The notes: generated from the letters alone by a model not told the origin. A stretch of 64,000 bases of DNA from an uncultured Gammaproteobacteria bacterium (GCA_964503955.1 CAZDCG010000004.1:16181-80180), one strand, 5' to 3'. Counted from the first letter of the stretch, positions 27,801 through 38,032 are shown. Numbers and translations: made by a program.

Positions 27801-30800
27801 CGCTCGTCCAGGTCTTGTGAATGAACAGGAATGTATCGCACGGCTTGGCGAATGGGATGCGCTCACGCAGCGCTGTGTTTTCCAGGCGATCGCGTCAGAA
27901 AGCCGTGTCTGCCGCGCCGAAGCGCTTGGCTGCCGCGAGTATCTTGGAACAACCGGCCATAATGTGGCGGTTGTGCTGGCTGAAAACTTTGAGAATGGGA
28001 CAATCGGCGACTGGATCAATGCTTCACTTAGCACAGAGTCTGTCAAAGTCGGCGGCCATTCCATGAAGCTTGGCAATCAGCAGGGAACCATCAATGCGGA
28101 AACCCGAACGGTTGTAGAAGATATCGCCGCCGACACTGCGTATACGCTCGAGCTGAACGCCCGTGCTTCCGTCAGCGATTTCCTCACGGTTACGGCTTAT
28201 CTTGGCAATGCGCCGGTCGAAGCAAACCGCATCGGTAGTTTTGTTACCGGGACCCTGTCATGGAATAAGTACCGTCTCGGGCCGATCACGACTCCTACGG
28301 AGCTTTCAGGCGTTCAGCAGCTGATTCTCGTGGTAGAAGGAGCCTCTAATAAGCCGGATATTATCAGCCTATTTGCGGACGATATCACCTTGCGCCGCAT
28401 CAATAGCAGTTTGTATCTCGCAAAAGATTCTTGGGAAACACCAAATACATGTGAAACAAATCCTCCGCTGGCCGGCGGTTCAGCTTCGCGTTCTATGGTG
28501 GGATGCCAGGCATACCGGATTGAGGGAGACACTTCAAATCAGACGCAGTTTCTCAAATCATTTACACGGCTTTGTTCAGAAGACAAGATCGGATGTGAAG
28601 CCCTGATTGACACGCATAATTCTGTTGCGCCATACCGCGAAGTGTATCAGCCCGGCAATCTCGCCGAAGTTGTTGTGCCTGAAGATAGTGTTACCTATCT
28701 GGTTAATAGAAAAGAGTATCGATGCCAGGCGGAACAAGTGGGCTGCATGGAACTTGGCAAGCCGGTTTTTGACCAGAACAATCAGATTACTTCATTCAAC
28801 TCCGTCTATCTCAAAAATAATCCGGACCAGTACGCAAGTATTCTCTGTCCGCAGGAATCACTGCGATGCGAAGCATTTACCAATAGCCGCAATGAAGTCG
28901 TATACGCCAAGAATCCGGGTCTGCAGCAATGTGAATACCGCGAAGTGCCAAATTCCTTCCCGGTGCGCTACGCATGGTTCAAGGTCGGTGGAACCGAAGA
29001 AAATCCTGTCGACTGTTTGCAGGCAAAGGATAATAGCTATGTGAACCGATGTGTTCCTTCAGCCGTGAGCTGTACGCAGTTTTATGAACCGATTACGCAG
29101 CAGTCATATTATTACAAGAAGAGCACCTTGCCGGGGACAGCGGCTTCTGAATGCAATGGCGTGGTGGACTGGAAGAAAGGCTGCGTCTTGTTTGATGATC
29201 AGAGCGTACGCAGCAAGTATTTCAAATCCGGTGACGATATTGATATCGTCGGCGCGGCGCAGGGCTGCCAGACAGGCGATGTCGGCTGCAATACAAATAC
29301 CTTGCTTCGCGTTCAGCTTGACCGTGTCTGCAGCCAGTGGCTGACCGGTGTCAGCTCAGGTTATTCCTGGGATCAGAATCTGCAGACCTACAAATCATTT
29401 AATTACGATATTGGACGTTGTCTGGAATATGATCCACTCAATCCTGCGGTTTGTCTGCAATGGGATAATGCGGATGACAAGCCGTTGCTCACAGAAGAAT
29501 TCTACAAAAACCGCGATACATCATGGGTGGGCGATGATTATACCGGATACTCCATTCCATTTGCTTATCCTGTTGAAACGCTCAAGCAATACAGTCTGAA
29601 TATCACTGAAGACGGCACTCCGTCCGAGTATCGTCTGGCATATCTTGAAGTTCCTCCGAATCAGCAAAGCTGTCTTACCTCTGCCGATTGTCCGCAGGGA
29701 GGCGGCATTGAGCAGGTTTGCCGTTTGGAATTGAATCCGGACAGCGGAGATTTCCAAGGATCATGTTTCATCAACCGCGGAATCTCACGTGGAGGAACAG
29801 CATCTGAGGGAGAATGCCGCGCGTATCCGGAAAACGATTCTCCATTCCCTCCATCGGTTGCCACCTTCTATCCTGATACAGATGCCGAAAATCCGGGAGG
29901 CATCAGCTCAGTCAATCCGCTCTTTGCCAATGCCAATATCGGTACGGCCGGAGAGAATGTCGAATGTAATTACGTCAAAGCCTACTATGCGGGTGATCGC
30001 CGCTATTACTCGCTTGATACGATTATTCCATCAACCATTACCGTGCGAGGCGAGCCGCAAAAATTCGACAAAAAAGAAGTCTATTACGGCTGGGAAGGCT
30101 ATTGTCTGGAACGAGACAATTCCCGCATCATTAATGGAGACCGTTCACAAACTGCTTGCTTGACCTGGTATCCGGTTGATCTCATCCAGGGCGCGAGAGA
30201 CTTGAACAATACCGATATCAATGCGGGATACTACGCGGATCATGAACAGACCATGTACTGCGCGCAGGCGGTCTTTGCCGAATATCTCACTCCAAGGGAA
30301 TCCTGCGGGGCATGTCCTTCACCACACTATGAAACCATCGTTCAGCGCAGCGGCACCTGTACGCATCCGTTTAAGGCTCCCGACTTGCTTGAATCAACCG
30401 GCACAAGATTCTTGAATCTCAATGAGACAGATCAAACGATTATTTTCGGCCTTGTTTCATTCTTCAGCTTTGGCGCGGGAGCAAGCATATTCCAGGCCCT
30501 GGCAGCCTTTGGCGTGCTGGATCTGGCAAGCGATCTGCTTGGAACGGATGAATATCCTGAAGTGACCTGTATTCCGCGTTACGGCGAAGGGTGGTATCCA
30601 AAAGTCTATCCAAATCCTCCGTTTGATCCGGAAAATCCGAACAATGCCCTTATGTGCAGCGTGGTGGCGCGTATCCAAAGCCCAGCTGGCGTGAACAAAG
30701 CCTATACAGACCGCATCCATGATACTGAATATATCGTGCCGGAGCTTGGCTGGACATACATCCAGCAAAACGTTCCGTTTGGCAGCGTTCGTGCGGGAAC

Positions 30801-32370
30801 AGAAAAGCTTGAAGAACTTGTTGAACCATTATTGCTGAAGCCGGCAACGCAGTTTGTAGAATGCAATGACTGCCGCGTTCCAGGTGAAGATCCTGAAAAT
30901 CCGGATCCATTGAAATTCGGTGTTTGCCAGGATCGTGATCCAAATAAGAAAGGACGTCCATGTCCGCTCTTCCCGAATGCCGGTTCGCCGTACAGTCTGC
31001 TCTCGCTTTATCCGCAATGGGCCAATAATGATTGGGTCCGCGTGCGAGCCGATAATCAGGTCTGGACAGATCAGGCCATCAATCAGCCATATACGCGAAC
31101 CGAACAGTTGGAAGACGGCACAAGACGGCTGCAGGAACTCTTTGCTAAATCCTACGGGGTCTGGTATTGGCAGCTCGGATTTGAAGCGGTTTGCGTCGGA
31201 ACATGCCAGGGAGGACCAAGAGAAGGTGAATTCTGCAAATCAGTCAACGAATGCGGTGATACGGATTCATCTATTGCCTATACATGCCAGCAGGCCAACC
31301 AGGAAACCGGCCTCTGTGTCGGCGGAGTAAAACACACATATTCATGCACAAGCGATCTGGATTGTTCCGGACCAGCCATTGAGGATCTCCAGACCGACTT
31401 TGTTGATATTCCCGGCTTCAACTGTGTTGAAGCGCCTGATGACGCGAATAGCGTGTTCATCTGTGAAGGAGGTCCATGGAAAGGCAATGCGTGCCAAACC
31501 GATGCCGACTGCGCTCCGCCGGTTCTTGACGGTAAATGCGATTTCACGCAGAACCGCTGTGTCGGCCAGGTCAATGGCCAGACAATCTGGTCCGCGAATT
31601 CCGGACAGATCTGCAATAACTCAGCTGAGTGCAATGCGGTTGCCACCTGCCGCGTGGATCGATGTTCCACCGAGATTGGTAAACCAAATACCGGGCTCTG
31701 CGACGGCTTGCAGGCCGGACAAGCATGCGGTGATTCTTCCGGACGAAATCAGTATGTTCAGGATGATGCCATTGGCTGGGACCTGATCCGTGACAATCCA
31801 TCCGTTGCCGAGCCGCCTGTGATTCAGCCGACCATTCCAGATTCCACCAGTCCAAACGGCTATGCGGAAGGATTCATTGCGAATGATGGCGGATTCTCCG
31901 TCAATGGAAGGGTAAACGGCACAATCACGAGCACGGAAGGGCGCGCGCCGGTAACCGTCAGCTTCTATGCCTATAACAGCAATGGAGAACAAATGCCATT
32001 GCGTGTGATCATGGTTGATTGGGGCGACAATACTGACCTGTCTACCTCGGTTGGTTCCTTCAAGAATCATAAACATGTCTGCCGGCGCTCCTGCAGCTAT
32101 AATGTCCTGATCTCCTGTGATGCGGACAGAGATTGCCAGAACCAGCAATTCCCTGACGCGACCTGTAATCCGGAAAATTTCGGCGACAGCCTTGATGCAT
32201 GCGTAGAAGACACGGAAAATGAATTCGGTTTCTTCTCCTTCTCTCATACCTATACGTGTGAAGGCGCAACCGACTGTGTTTACACGCCTCGCGTACTGGT
32301 ACGTGATAACTGGGGAGCCGTCACGCGCGTGACATGGCCTGGACAAATCGTGGTCTCTCCAAGACAGTAA
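24871..32370 (+). CDS. Giant (2499 aa) cysteine-rich extracellular protein with an N-terminal signal-anchor and at least two CBM4/9-like (galactose-binding-like) modules; putative adhesin/surface protein
   Basis: Uninterrupted 7.5 kb ORF; N-terminal TM; more than 100 Cys in CxxC/CxnC patterns; NGSFEDDAGHNY...SVRIQP and ENFENGTIGDW...SMKLGN resemble CBM_4_9 starts. Confidence 0.8.
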   Translation: MQTRKTKILVGFMAIGLFITSFLPKPVHAGLPVSDIGSMVQSAGQFIKNTFDKIQETLLDELAVVFFNNIVQTFVNNLAAETAQWIASGDEGQKPLLFTSDWQDYLEKAGEDAIAFAAIGFADAVGLGNICIAPEIAIDIILPQIEQPGTTKPRCSLDDLKKTWDVTSPDFLQNFTLSFQTDQNDIGIAISFLANLEKEKTEKKEAAENERDQSPFKAVKDAISGLTETPAPLVQKQVEKVEDGTTVTTYTYTNPIGVLTGAIQVFAGTLMGQYLNKLQSGFFSLADAVPAEEDVASLVRGSLSDPLSTGPTGSQTAQLKFTDVFKPNLRQANDFNILAELAACPSEVRYASIYNCVIDSGFMQALSGGRNGFLTVREAVQQNLLHGNWVFGYVNPGSGAEPSYLNGYAYSNMKKLRRLRIVPVGWEMAALRARSLGQSVTLLDVINSYNDQGSPFYKLVDPEWVLKVPTMRCAAKAPGQILQSGGTDRVAECVDIQDCIAFGDDGECRAWAYCTADQREWRFPAEQCPEHYATCEQFYSSGEDTTQNLWLSSTLEYEGCNAQTAGCTWYSTVKNSAGEWQETNRVHLTSAVQACDPNDAGCHLYIRMGNGSNLIRNGSFEDDAGHNYVLGLGDTVAENSIPDGWSARQALISLNDDAQHGEASVRIQPQPGGECRPGLQYEAPLGHFEIGQQYTLSGRVRTENVTPADLQLFFQGITFTVEDVNNVWKSFAFTFVMPSTTRSYTFVLAGNNGDCANLNPGGAVFYDAIQLERNTLPTSYKEYGSVNQVSLKNAPACTFEDVGCQRYLPVDRKNAATVTGVATGQDLCPAECVGYATYEQQETDLEPERIVNFIPSSADVCSAQEVGCEQFTNLDVVARGGEGLEYYSQIRHCEKPQPQCQTYFAWEGSDVTGFQLVNFSLLAINEDGTGVPQTTDGSVTCDPNDADCRELIGEDGSRSFRNLSKTITCSEACVPLRARPGLVNEQECIARLGEWDALTQRCVFQAIASESRVCRAEALGCREYLGTTGHNVAVVLAENFENGTIGDWINASLSTESVKVGGHSMKLGNQQGTINAETRTVVEDIAADTAYTLELNARASVSDFLTVTAYLGNAPVEANRIGSFVTGTLSWNKYRLGPITTPTELSGVQQLILVVEGASNKPDIISLFADDITLRRINSSLYLAKDSWETPNTCETNPPLAGGSASRSMVGCQAYRIEGDTSNQTQFLKSFTRLCSEDKIGCEALIDTHNSVAPYREVYQPGNLAEVVVPEDSVTYLVNRKEYRCQAEQVGCMELGKPVFDQNNQITSFNSVYLKNNPDQYASILCPQESLRCEAFTNSRNEVVYAKNPGLQQCEYREVPNSFPVRYAWFKVGGTEENPVDCLQAKDNSYVNRCVPSAVSCTQFYEPITQQSYYYKKSTLPGTAASECNGVVDWKKGCVLFDDQSVRSKYFKSGDDIDIVGAAQGCQTGDVGCNTNTLLRVQLDRVCSQWLTGVSSGYSWDQNLQTYKSFNYDIGRCLEYDPLNPAVCLQWDNADDKPLLTEEFYKNRDTSWVGDDYTGYSIPFAYPVETLKQYSLNITEDGTPSEYRLAYLEVPPNQQSCLTSADCPQGGGIEQVCRLELNPDSGDFQGSCFINRGISRGGTASEGECRAYPENDSPFPPSVATFYPDTDAENPGGISSVNPLFANANIGTAGENVECNYVKAYYAGDRRYYSLDTIIPSTITVRGEPQKFDKKEVYYGWEGYCLERDNSRIINGDRSQTACLTWYPVDLIQGARDLNNTDINAGYYADHEQTMYCAQAVFAEYLTPRESCGACPSPHYETIVQRSGTCTHPFKAPDLLESTGTRFLNLNETDQTIIFGLVSFFSFGAGASIFQALAAFGVLDLASDLLGTDEYPEVTCIPRYGEGWYPKVYPNPPFDPENPNNALMCSVVARIQSPAGVNKAYTDRIHDTEYIVPELGWTYIQQNVPFGSVRAGTEKLEELVEPLLLKPATQFVECNDCRVPGEDPENPDPLKFGVCQDRDPNKKGRPCPLFPNAGSPYSLLSLYPQWANNDWVRVRADNQVWTDQAINQPYTRTEQLEDGTRRLQELFAKSYGVWYWQLGFEAVCVGTCQGGPREGEFCKSVNECGDTDSSIAYTCQQANQETGLCVGGVKHTYSCTSDLDCSGPAIEDLQTDFVDIPGFNCVEAPDDANSVFICEGGPWKGNACQTDADCAPPVLDGKCDFTQNRCVGQVNGQTIWSANSGQICNNSAECNAVATCRVDRCSTEIGKPNTGLCDGLQAGQACGDSSGRNQYVQDDAIGWDLIRDNPSVAEPPVIQPTIPDSTSPNGYAEGFIANDGGFSVNGRVNGTITSTEGRAPVTVSFYAYNSNGEQMPLRVIMVDWGDNTDLSTSVGSFKNHKHVCRRSCSYNVLISCDADRDCQNQQFPDATCNPENFGDSLDACVEDTENEFGFFSFSHTYTCEGATDCVYTPRVLVRDNWGAVTRVTWPGQIVVSPRQ

Positions 32371-32405
32371 TAATTGACAAAGAAACAACCTAATCGTACA
32401 GTACA

Positions 32406-32434
32406 AAACGTGCCAGCCAGGCACGTTTTTGTTT
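32406..32434 (+). terminator. Rho-independent terminator of the giant gene (aaacgtgcc-agcca-ggcacgttt-ttgttt)
   Basis: 9-bp stem plus T-run 35 nt after the stop. Confidence 0.7.
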
Positions 32435-32521
32435 CCCTTTGCCGGGGTGGTGGAACCCGCCGTCCATCGGTCGTCGAACTCCCTTAGGACTGGCGGGCAG
32501 GTTGGCAGACACAATTTATAT

Positions 32522-32608
32522 GCCGGGGTGGTGGAATTGGTAGACACGCGTGGCTTAGGACCACGTGGGGTAAAACCTGTGCAGGTTCGAGTCCTGTCCC
32601 CGGTACCA
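32522..32608 (+). tRNA. tRNA-Leu (anticodon TAG), class II with long variable arm, CCA encoded
   Basis: GCCGGGG acceptor stem, GTGGAATTGGTAGAC D-arm, anticodon loop CTTAGGA, long variable arm, GGTTCGAGTCC T-arm, ...CCCCGGTACCA. Confidence 0.85.
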
Positions 32609-32779
32609 GCAAAGCTCCCGCATGATTGTATGCGGGGGCTTTGCTTTTATTCAGAGGACTCGAACCTTGGGAAAGGGGCGTGGGGAAAACGGAAGTTTTC
32701 ACCACTGGGCGGTTTTTGAGGAAGGGGTACAGCGAAGCGCCATAGGGGAAACGCCGTTTCCCCTTGGAGAGCGAAGCGA

Positions 32780-32806
32780 CGGTTTGATGTCCTGTCCCCG
32801 GTACCA
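32780..32806 (+). repeat. Duplicate of the tRNA-Leu T-arm/3' acceptor end (ggtttgatgtcctgtccccggtacca), about 180 bp downstream of the intact gene
   Basis: 18/18 identity over gtcctgtccccggtacca plus a diverged T-loop; this resembles the att-core scar of a tRNA-targeting integrative element. Confidence 0.5.
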
Positions 32807-33107
32807 CAAAAAAACGCACTCTGTGCGTTTTTTTGCTCTAGTGTCTGATTTCTCTGTCTACATCTATATCTAAACATCGTCATAATCTCTTGTGTCTCTT
32901 AGATAGAGAAGTAGACCTGGAAAATAGAGGTAGATCACGGTGTCGCTTCGCGAGCTTTTCAATGCAGCAGCAGAAAAACGCTTGTGTTTGTCTGCAGATC
33001 TCAGGAGCCTGTTATGTCTTTAAAGTCTGCCCAACGCTCACCCACCTTGCTTCAATCTCCCACATCTGTTGAAATATCACATCCCGAGGATTCCAACAGG
33101 AGGAGAA

Positions 33108-33320
33108 ATGTTTTACGTGGGACGACTCATCTGGCTCTTGTCGTTTGCCATGTTCAGTCTTACCGTTTACGTCCAGGTTGCCCACTCGGACTGGTCGCCT
33201 CCGGATCTTCTGCTGATCCAGATCAGGCAGGGGTTGTTCATGATCGCACTCTTTGGGGTGGGGATCATGAGCATGGATCGGAACCGTGAGCGGGACGAGC
33301 GGCAACGCCCTCAGCGGTAG
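33108..33320 (+). CDS. Small (70 aa) two-TM membrane protein, hypothetical
   Basis: SD AGGAGGAG immediately upstream of the ATG; hydrophobic helices LIWLLSFAMFSLTVYV and LFMIALFGVGIM. Confidence 0.4.
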   Translation: MFYVGRLIWLLSFAMFSLTVYVQVAHSDWSPPDLLLIQIRQGLFMIALFGVGIMSMDRNRERDERQRPQR

Positions 33321-33480
33321 GGCATTTAGGACGGCACAGCGATGCAGATTGCTCGTGCCGTTCGCCCTTTATAAGCTGAATTTCAGGCGGTAGATTGCTG
33401 TTTATAGCCCGCTGCAGATTCTTTTACCTGCAACCAAAACCTCCAAACGAACAGCTATCCACCGGCTATCCCCAAAAGAC

Positions 33481-33509
33481 TTGACGTGTTTTTCCTTCTT
33501 TGCTACAAT
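33481..33509 (+). promoter_or_regulatory. Strong sigma70-type promoter (TTGACG-17-TACAAT), probably the rRNA operon promoter
   Basis: Near-consensus -35/-10 with 17-nt spacing, about 380 nt upstream of the mature 23S 5' end. Confidence 0.5.
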
Positions 33510-34522
33510 CTGTCTACCAATGAAATGTCCGATTTCTTAGAAATGCGGACCTCTTTCTGGGAATTATCTTATGCAAAATCTCCAAAGTGAACAGAATACT
33601 GTTTTCTAGGCAAGTCGCATAATGATTTCTGGAAAGGAAATCCTTGCGGCTGGCTTACGGGCCAGTTTTTTCGTCCCTCAAATTTCACCCCCGAGACTGG
33701 ATGATCCGGTCATTCGATCCCGGTTGTGAAGACTGCATTTTGACAATTGAATATAACGCAATACAAACCAGTAATGTCACATGCATCTTTGTGAAGATAC
33801 ATGCGACGCAAATGCAATTTACAATGCAGTGTCTTAAATGACACTGCTGCTACAAATGCTTATTGTGGCCATTCAAGTTCATTGAATGGTTACCTCAATA
33901 AGGGCAAATGTGTGAATGCCTAGACATCTGGAGACGATGAAGGACGTGGCAGCCTGCGAAAAGCTTCGGTGAGGTGGCAAGCAACCTGTGACCCGGAGAT
34001 GTCCCAATGGGGAAACCCGGCCGTGTAAAGCACGGTCATCACATGACTGAATACATAGGTCAGTGAAGACAACCTAGGGAACTGAAACATCTTAGTACCT
34101 AGAGGAAAAGAAAACAGCAAGACCCTTTATAAATCTGCAGACATCACTTCGGTGCTGACTGTCAGATTTATAAAGGACGTGATTCCCTTAGTAGCGGCGA
34201 GCGAACGGGGAAAAGCCTAAACCCTATCGGTGGGCCTTTCTGTAAGATGTGGGATTTATCTTATATCAAGCAGTCAGGTTAAAGGATTGTGCCGTTGCCG
34301 ATTCGGTGTTGTGAGGCGAGTCGTTAGGAATCACAATATTCCTAGATAGTTGGAGTTCATATAGAAGAAGTTCCTGGAATCGGAACGCCAAAGAAGGTGA
34401 TAGCCCTGTAATCGAAATATGCTTCTCCACCTATGGACTATGTCCTCAAGTACAGCGGGACTCGTGAAATCCTGTTGGAATCAGGGGTGACTATGCTCCA
34501 AGGCTAAATACTACCAGATGAT

Positions 34523-34559
<37 letters not shown>

Positions 34560-36061
34560 CACCCCGGTGAGGGGTCGTGAAATAGACCTGAAACCATTTG
34601 CCTACAAGGAGTCGAAGGTCCTTCGGGACTGACGGCGTGCCTATTGAAGAATGAGCCAACGAGTTTGTTCTATGTTGCTTGTTTAATCTCTATATAGAGA
34701 GAAGGCATAGTGAAAGCGAGGCTTAACCGCCGAACTGAGAGGAATAATTCCCGTCTCGGGTCATTGACCCGTCCGGGGATTTATTCCTCTCTTCTGCAGC
34801 ATAGACAAGACCCGAAGCCGGGTGATCTATCCATGGCCAGGTTGAATCTCATCGAAAGATGAGAGGAGGACCGAACCCACGCGCCGTGCAACACGCGGGG
34901 ATGAGTTGTGGATAGCGGAGAAATTCCAATCGAACTCGGCTATAGCTGGTTCTCCCCGAAACAGTTTTTGGACTGGCCTGCGATCGTCCCCTCTGGGGGT
35001 AGAGCACTGTTTGAGGTTCGGGCCTTCGGGTACCGTCCACAGACAAACTCCGAATACCGGAGGATTATAATCGCAGAGTTACACTATGGGGGCTAAGCTC
35101 CATTAGTGAAAAGGGAAACAGCCCAGATCGCCAAATAAGGTCCTTAAATCTTCGTTAAGTGTGAAAGGTGGTGAGGCGGCTTATACAACGAGGAGGTTGG
35201 CTTAGAAGCAGCCATCCTTTAAAGAAAGCGTAATAGCTCACTCGTCCAGCTGCCTTGCGCCGAAAATGTAACGGGGCTAAACGAAGTACCGAATTTGCGG
35301 GTCTATACCTTTCGAGGTATGGGCGGTAGGGGAGCGTTCTTATCTGCGTTGAAGCCCAAACGTGAGAATGGGTGGAGTGATAAGAAGTGAGAATGTTGGC
35401 ATAAGTAGCAGAAATGCGGGTGAGAACCCCGCACACCGAAAACCCAAGGTTTCCTGGGCCATGAAAATCAGCTCAGGGTTAGTCGGTCCTAAGGCGAGGC
35501 TGAAAAGCGTAGTCGATGGACAGCAGGTTAATATTCCTGCACCACGGTGTTGACTGATGGAGTGACGCTTGATCAAAGTCTCCGCGTAGTTTGGTTATCT
35601 ACGTTGGGGCAGGCAACTGGCGCTATTGGCAAATCCGTAGCGCAATACAGAAGCCTGCATCTGAAGAGGAAGCCCTCGGGTGGAATCGACGGAGGCGGAG
35701 GTTGAGCCAAGAAAAACTTCTAGGGTTAATCAGCATCGTGTCCGTACCGTAAACCGACACAGGTGGGTGAGGCGAGAAGCCTCAGGTGAACGAGAGAAAC
35801 ATGGTTAAGGAACTCGGCAAAACAGCGGTCGTACCTTCGGTATAAGGCCTGCCTACGCCCTTCGGGGTTGTAGGTCGCAGCGAAAGACTCCAAGCGACTG
35901 TTTACCAAAAACACAGGTCCCTGCTAAAGCGCAAGCTGATGTATAGGGGCTGATGCCTGGCCAGTGTCCGAACGTTAAGAGGAGAGGTGATCCAATTTAT
36001 TGGCGTAGCCTTGAATCCAAGCGCGGATGAACGCCGGCGATAACTATAATCGTCCTAAGGT

Positions 36062-36831
36062 GAATTTGTTGCCTTAGTGGGGTGAAAGCCCCCTCTTCCG
36101 AACTGCCTATGCCGGGCAGATGTAGGAGAAAAATCTGGCTATATGCTGGAATATCTGGAGAATTCTGTGCTCCTAGGGTATACTGTCACCATAGTATGCC
36201 TAGGAAAAACGCCACAGATGTAGCTTTGGTTGAAGATTTACCAAAGTTGCCAGACAATCAGCAGGAAAGACCAGAAATGATTGGTTGGATTGTAGGATTT
36301 ACTGACGGTGAAGGTTGCTTCTCTGTTAGTCTTATCCGTAACAAAACAACCTCTACTGGGTGGCAGGTGTTTCCTGAGTTTGTTATCACGCAAGGAGAGA
36401 AAAGCAGATCAGCGCTTGAATTACTTCAAAAACATTTCAAATGCGGACAGCTAATCCTCAATAAGCGCTATGACAATCATCGCGAACATCTAATAAAATA
36501 CTGCGTCAGGTCTCGTAGAGACTTGAAAGAAAAAATTATTCCCTTCTTCAAAAAAGCTCAGCTTTTGACGGCGAAGAGAAATGATTTTGAAATCTTTTGT
36601 AAGATCATCGTTCTTATGGAAGAACGAAAGCATCTGCATCTTTCAGGATTGAAAACAATCGCGAAACTGATCGAACAGATGAACCGCAGAAAACCCTCCT
36701 CATTTCTGGAATCCTCAGAGACTACACGCCGGAACGATACATAATCGTAAGATATAGTCCGACCCCTATGGCGACATAGGGAGAATGGCAGAAATGACCA
36801 TTCCTCTACATGTGGTAGAAGTAACAAATTG
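36062..36831 (+). mobile_element. Group I intron inserted after U of CCTAAGGU (E. coli about position 1917) in 23S rRNA, ending in omega-G
   Basis: 23S exon sequence breaks after cgtcctaaggt and resumes exactly at agcgaaattccttgtcggg; the intron houses a LAGLIDADG ORF. Confidence 0.7.
36196..36744 (+). CDS. LAGLIDADG-family homing endonuclease (single-motif type); the better SD-supported start is at 36277 (MIGWIVGFTDGEGCF)
   Basis: IVGFTDGEGCF LAGLIDADG motif and overall I-CreI-like size (about 155-180 aa). Confidence 0.8.
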   Translation: MPRKNATDVALVEDLPKLPDNQQERPEMIGWIVGFTDGEGCFSVSLIRNKTTSTGWQVFPEFVITQGEKSRSALELLQKHFKCGQLILNKRYDNHREHLIKYCVRSRRDLKEKIIPFFKKAQLLTAKRNDFEIFCKIIVLMEERKHLHLSGLKTIAKLIEQMNRRKPSSFLESSETTRRNDT

Positions 36832-36884
<53 letters not shown>

Positions 36885-37109
36885 GGAGACTGTCTCAACC
36901 ATGTACTCGGTGAAATTGCATGACGAGTAAAGATGCTCGTTACGCGTAGCAGGACGAAAAGACCCCGTGAAGCTTTACTACAGCTTGATATTGTCTTATT
37001 GCTTCAACTGTTCAGCATAGGTGGGAGCCTTCGGGCGCCAGTGAGATACCACCCTGTTGTCGTGGTAAGGCTAACCTTGCGCCGTCTATCCGGTGCGGGG
37101 ACAGTATCT

Positions 37110-37144
<35 letters not shown>

Positions 37145-37363
37145 AAGTAACGGAGGCGTTTACAAAGGTTGGCTAGCTCCGGATGGAAATCGGAGCGATA
37201 GTGTAAAGGCACAAGCCAGCTTTACTGCAAGACAGACACGTCGCGCAGTTACGAAAGTAGAACTTAGTGATCCGACGATCCAATATAGGATGGTCGAAGC
37301 TCATCGGATAAAAGTTACTCCGGGGATAACAGGCTGATCGCGCCCAAGCGTCCACAGCGACGG

Positions 37364-37425
<62 letters not shown>

Positions 37426-37438
37426 TGGCTGTTCGCCA

Positions 37439-37490
<52 letters not shown>

Positions 37491-38032
37491 CTATCCGCTA
37501 TGCGCGTTAAGATTTGAGAACCTCCTTCTCTAGTACGAGAGGACCGAGAAGGACGAACCTCTAGTGTACCAGTTGTCCCACCAGGGGCACCGCTGGGTAG
37601 CTATGTTCGGGTCGGATAAGTGCTGAAGGCATCTAAGCACGAAGCCGTGTTCAAGATTAGATCTTTATTCCTCCTGGGAGACGACCAGGTTGATAGGCTG
37701 CAGGTGTAAGCCCCGTGAGGGGTTCAGCCGAGCAGTACTAATGGATTGAGGTAACCTTTCAGTGAATTTCTCTGCGTCATATTTCGCGCGCTTCTTTGTT
37801 GAGAGCTCCGGTGCTCGACGCCGTACATCAGTACGGTTTACTCCGCACCTCGCTCTCGCCTCGAATCGCACTGAAATCTGAACGAGATTAAAGCCGCTGA
37901 AAAGATAGCATAAATACGTTTGCGATCACATGCGACTCGCAAAGGTGCAGTTGATATTATTGGAAGTATTGCGTTCAGAGAAATGGAATGGAAAGAGACG
38001 ACTAATCATCTAGTCTGCTCCTTCTGGTGCCA

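Noticed and set aside
31621-32547. 308-aa minus-strand ORF and many 60-190 aa ORFs antisense within 24871-32370
   Set aside because: All lie inside the uninterrupted 7.5 kb giant ORF, which has a signal peptide, recognisable CBM-like modules and consistent codon usage. The antisense ORFs lack starts with SDs.
32830-33880. Possible 16S rRNA gene upstream of the 23S
   Set aside because: No 16S-like conserved blocks; the region contains only a small membrane ORF, repeats and the rRNA promoter. The 16S must be elsewhere.
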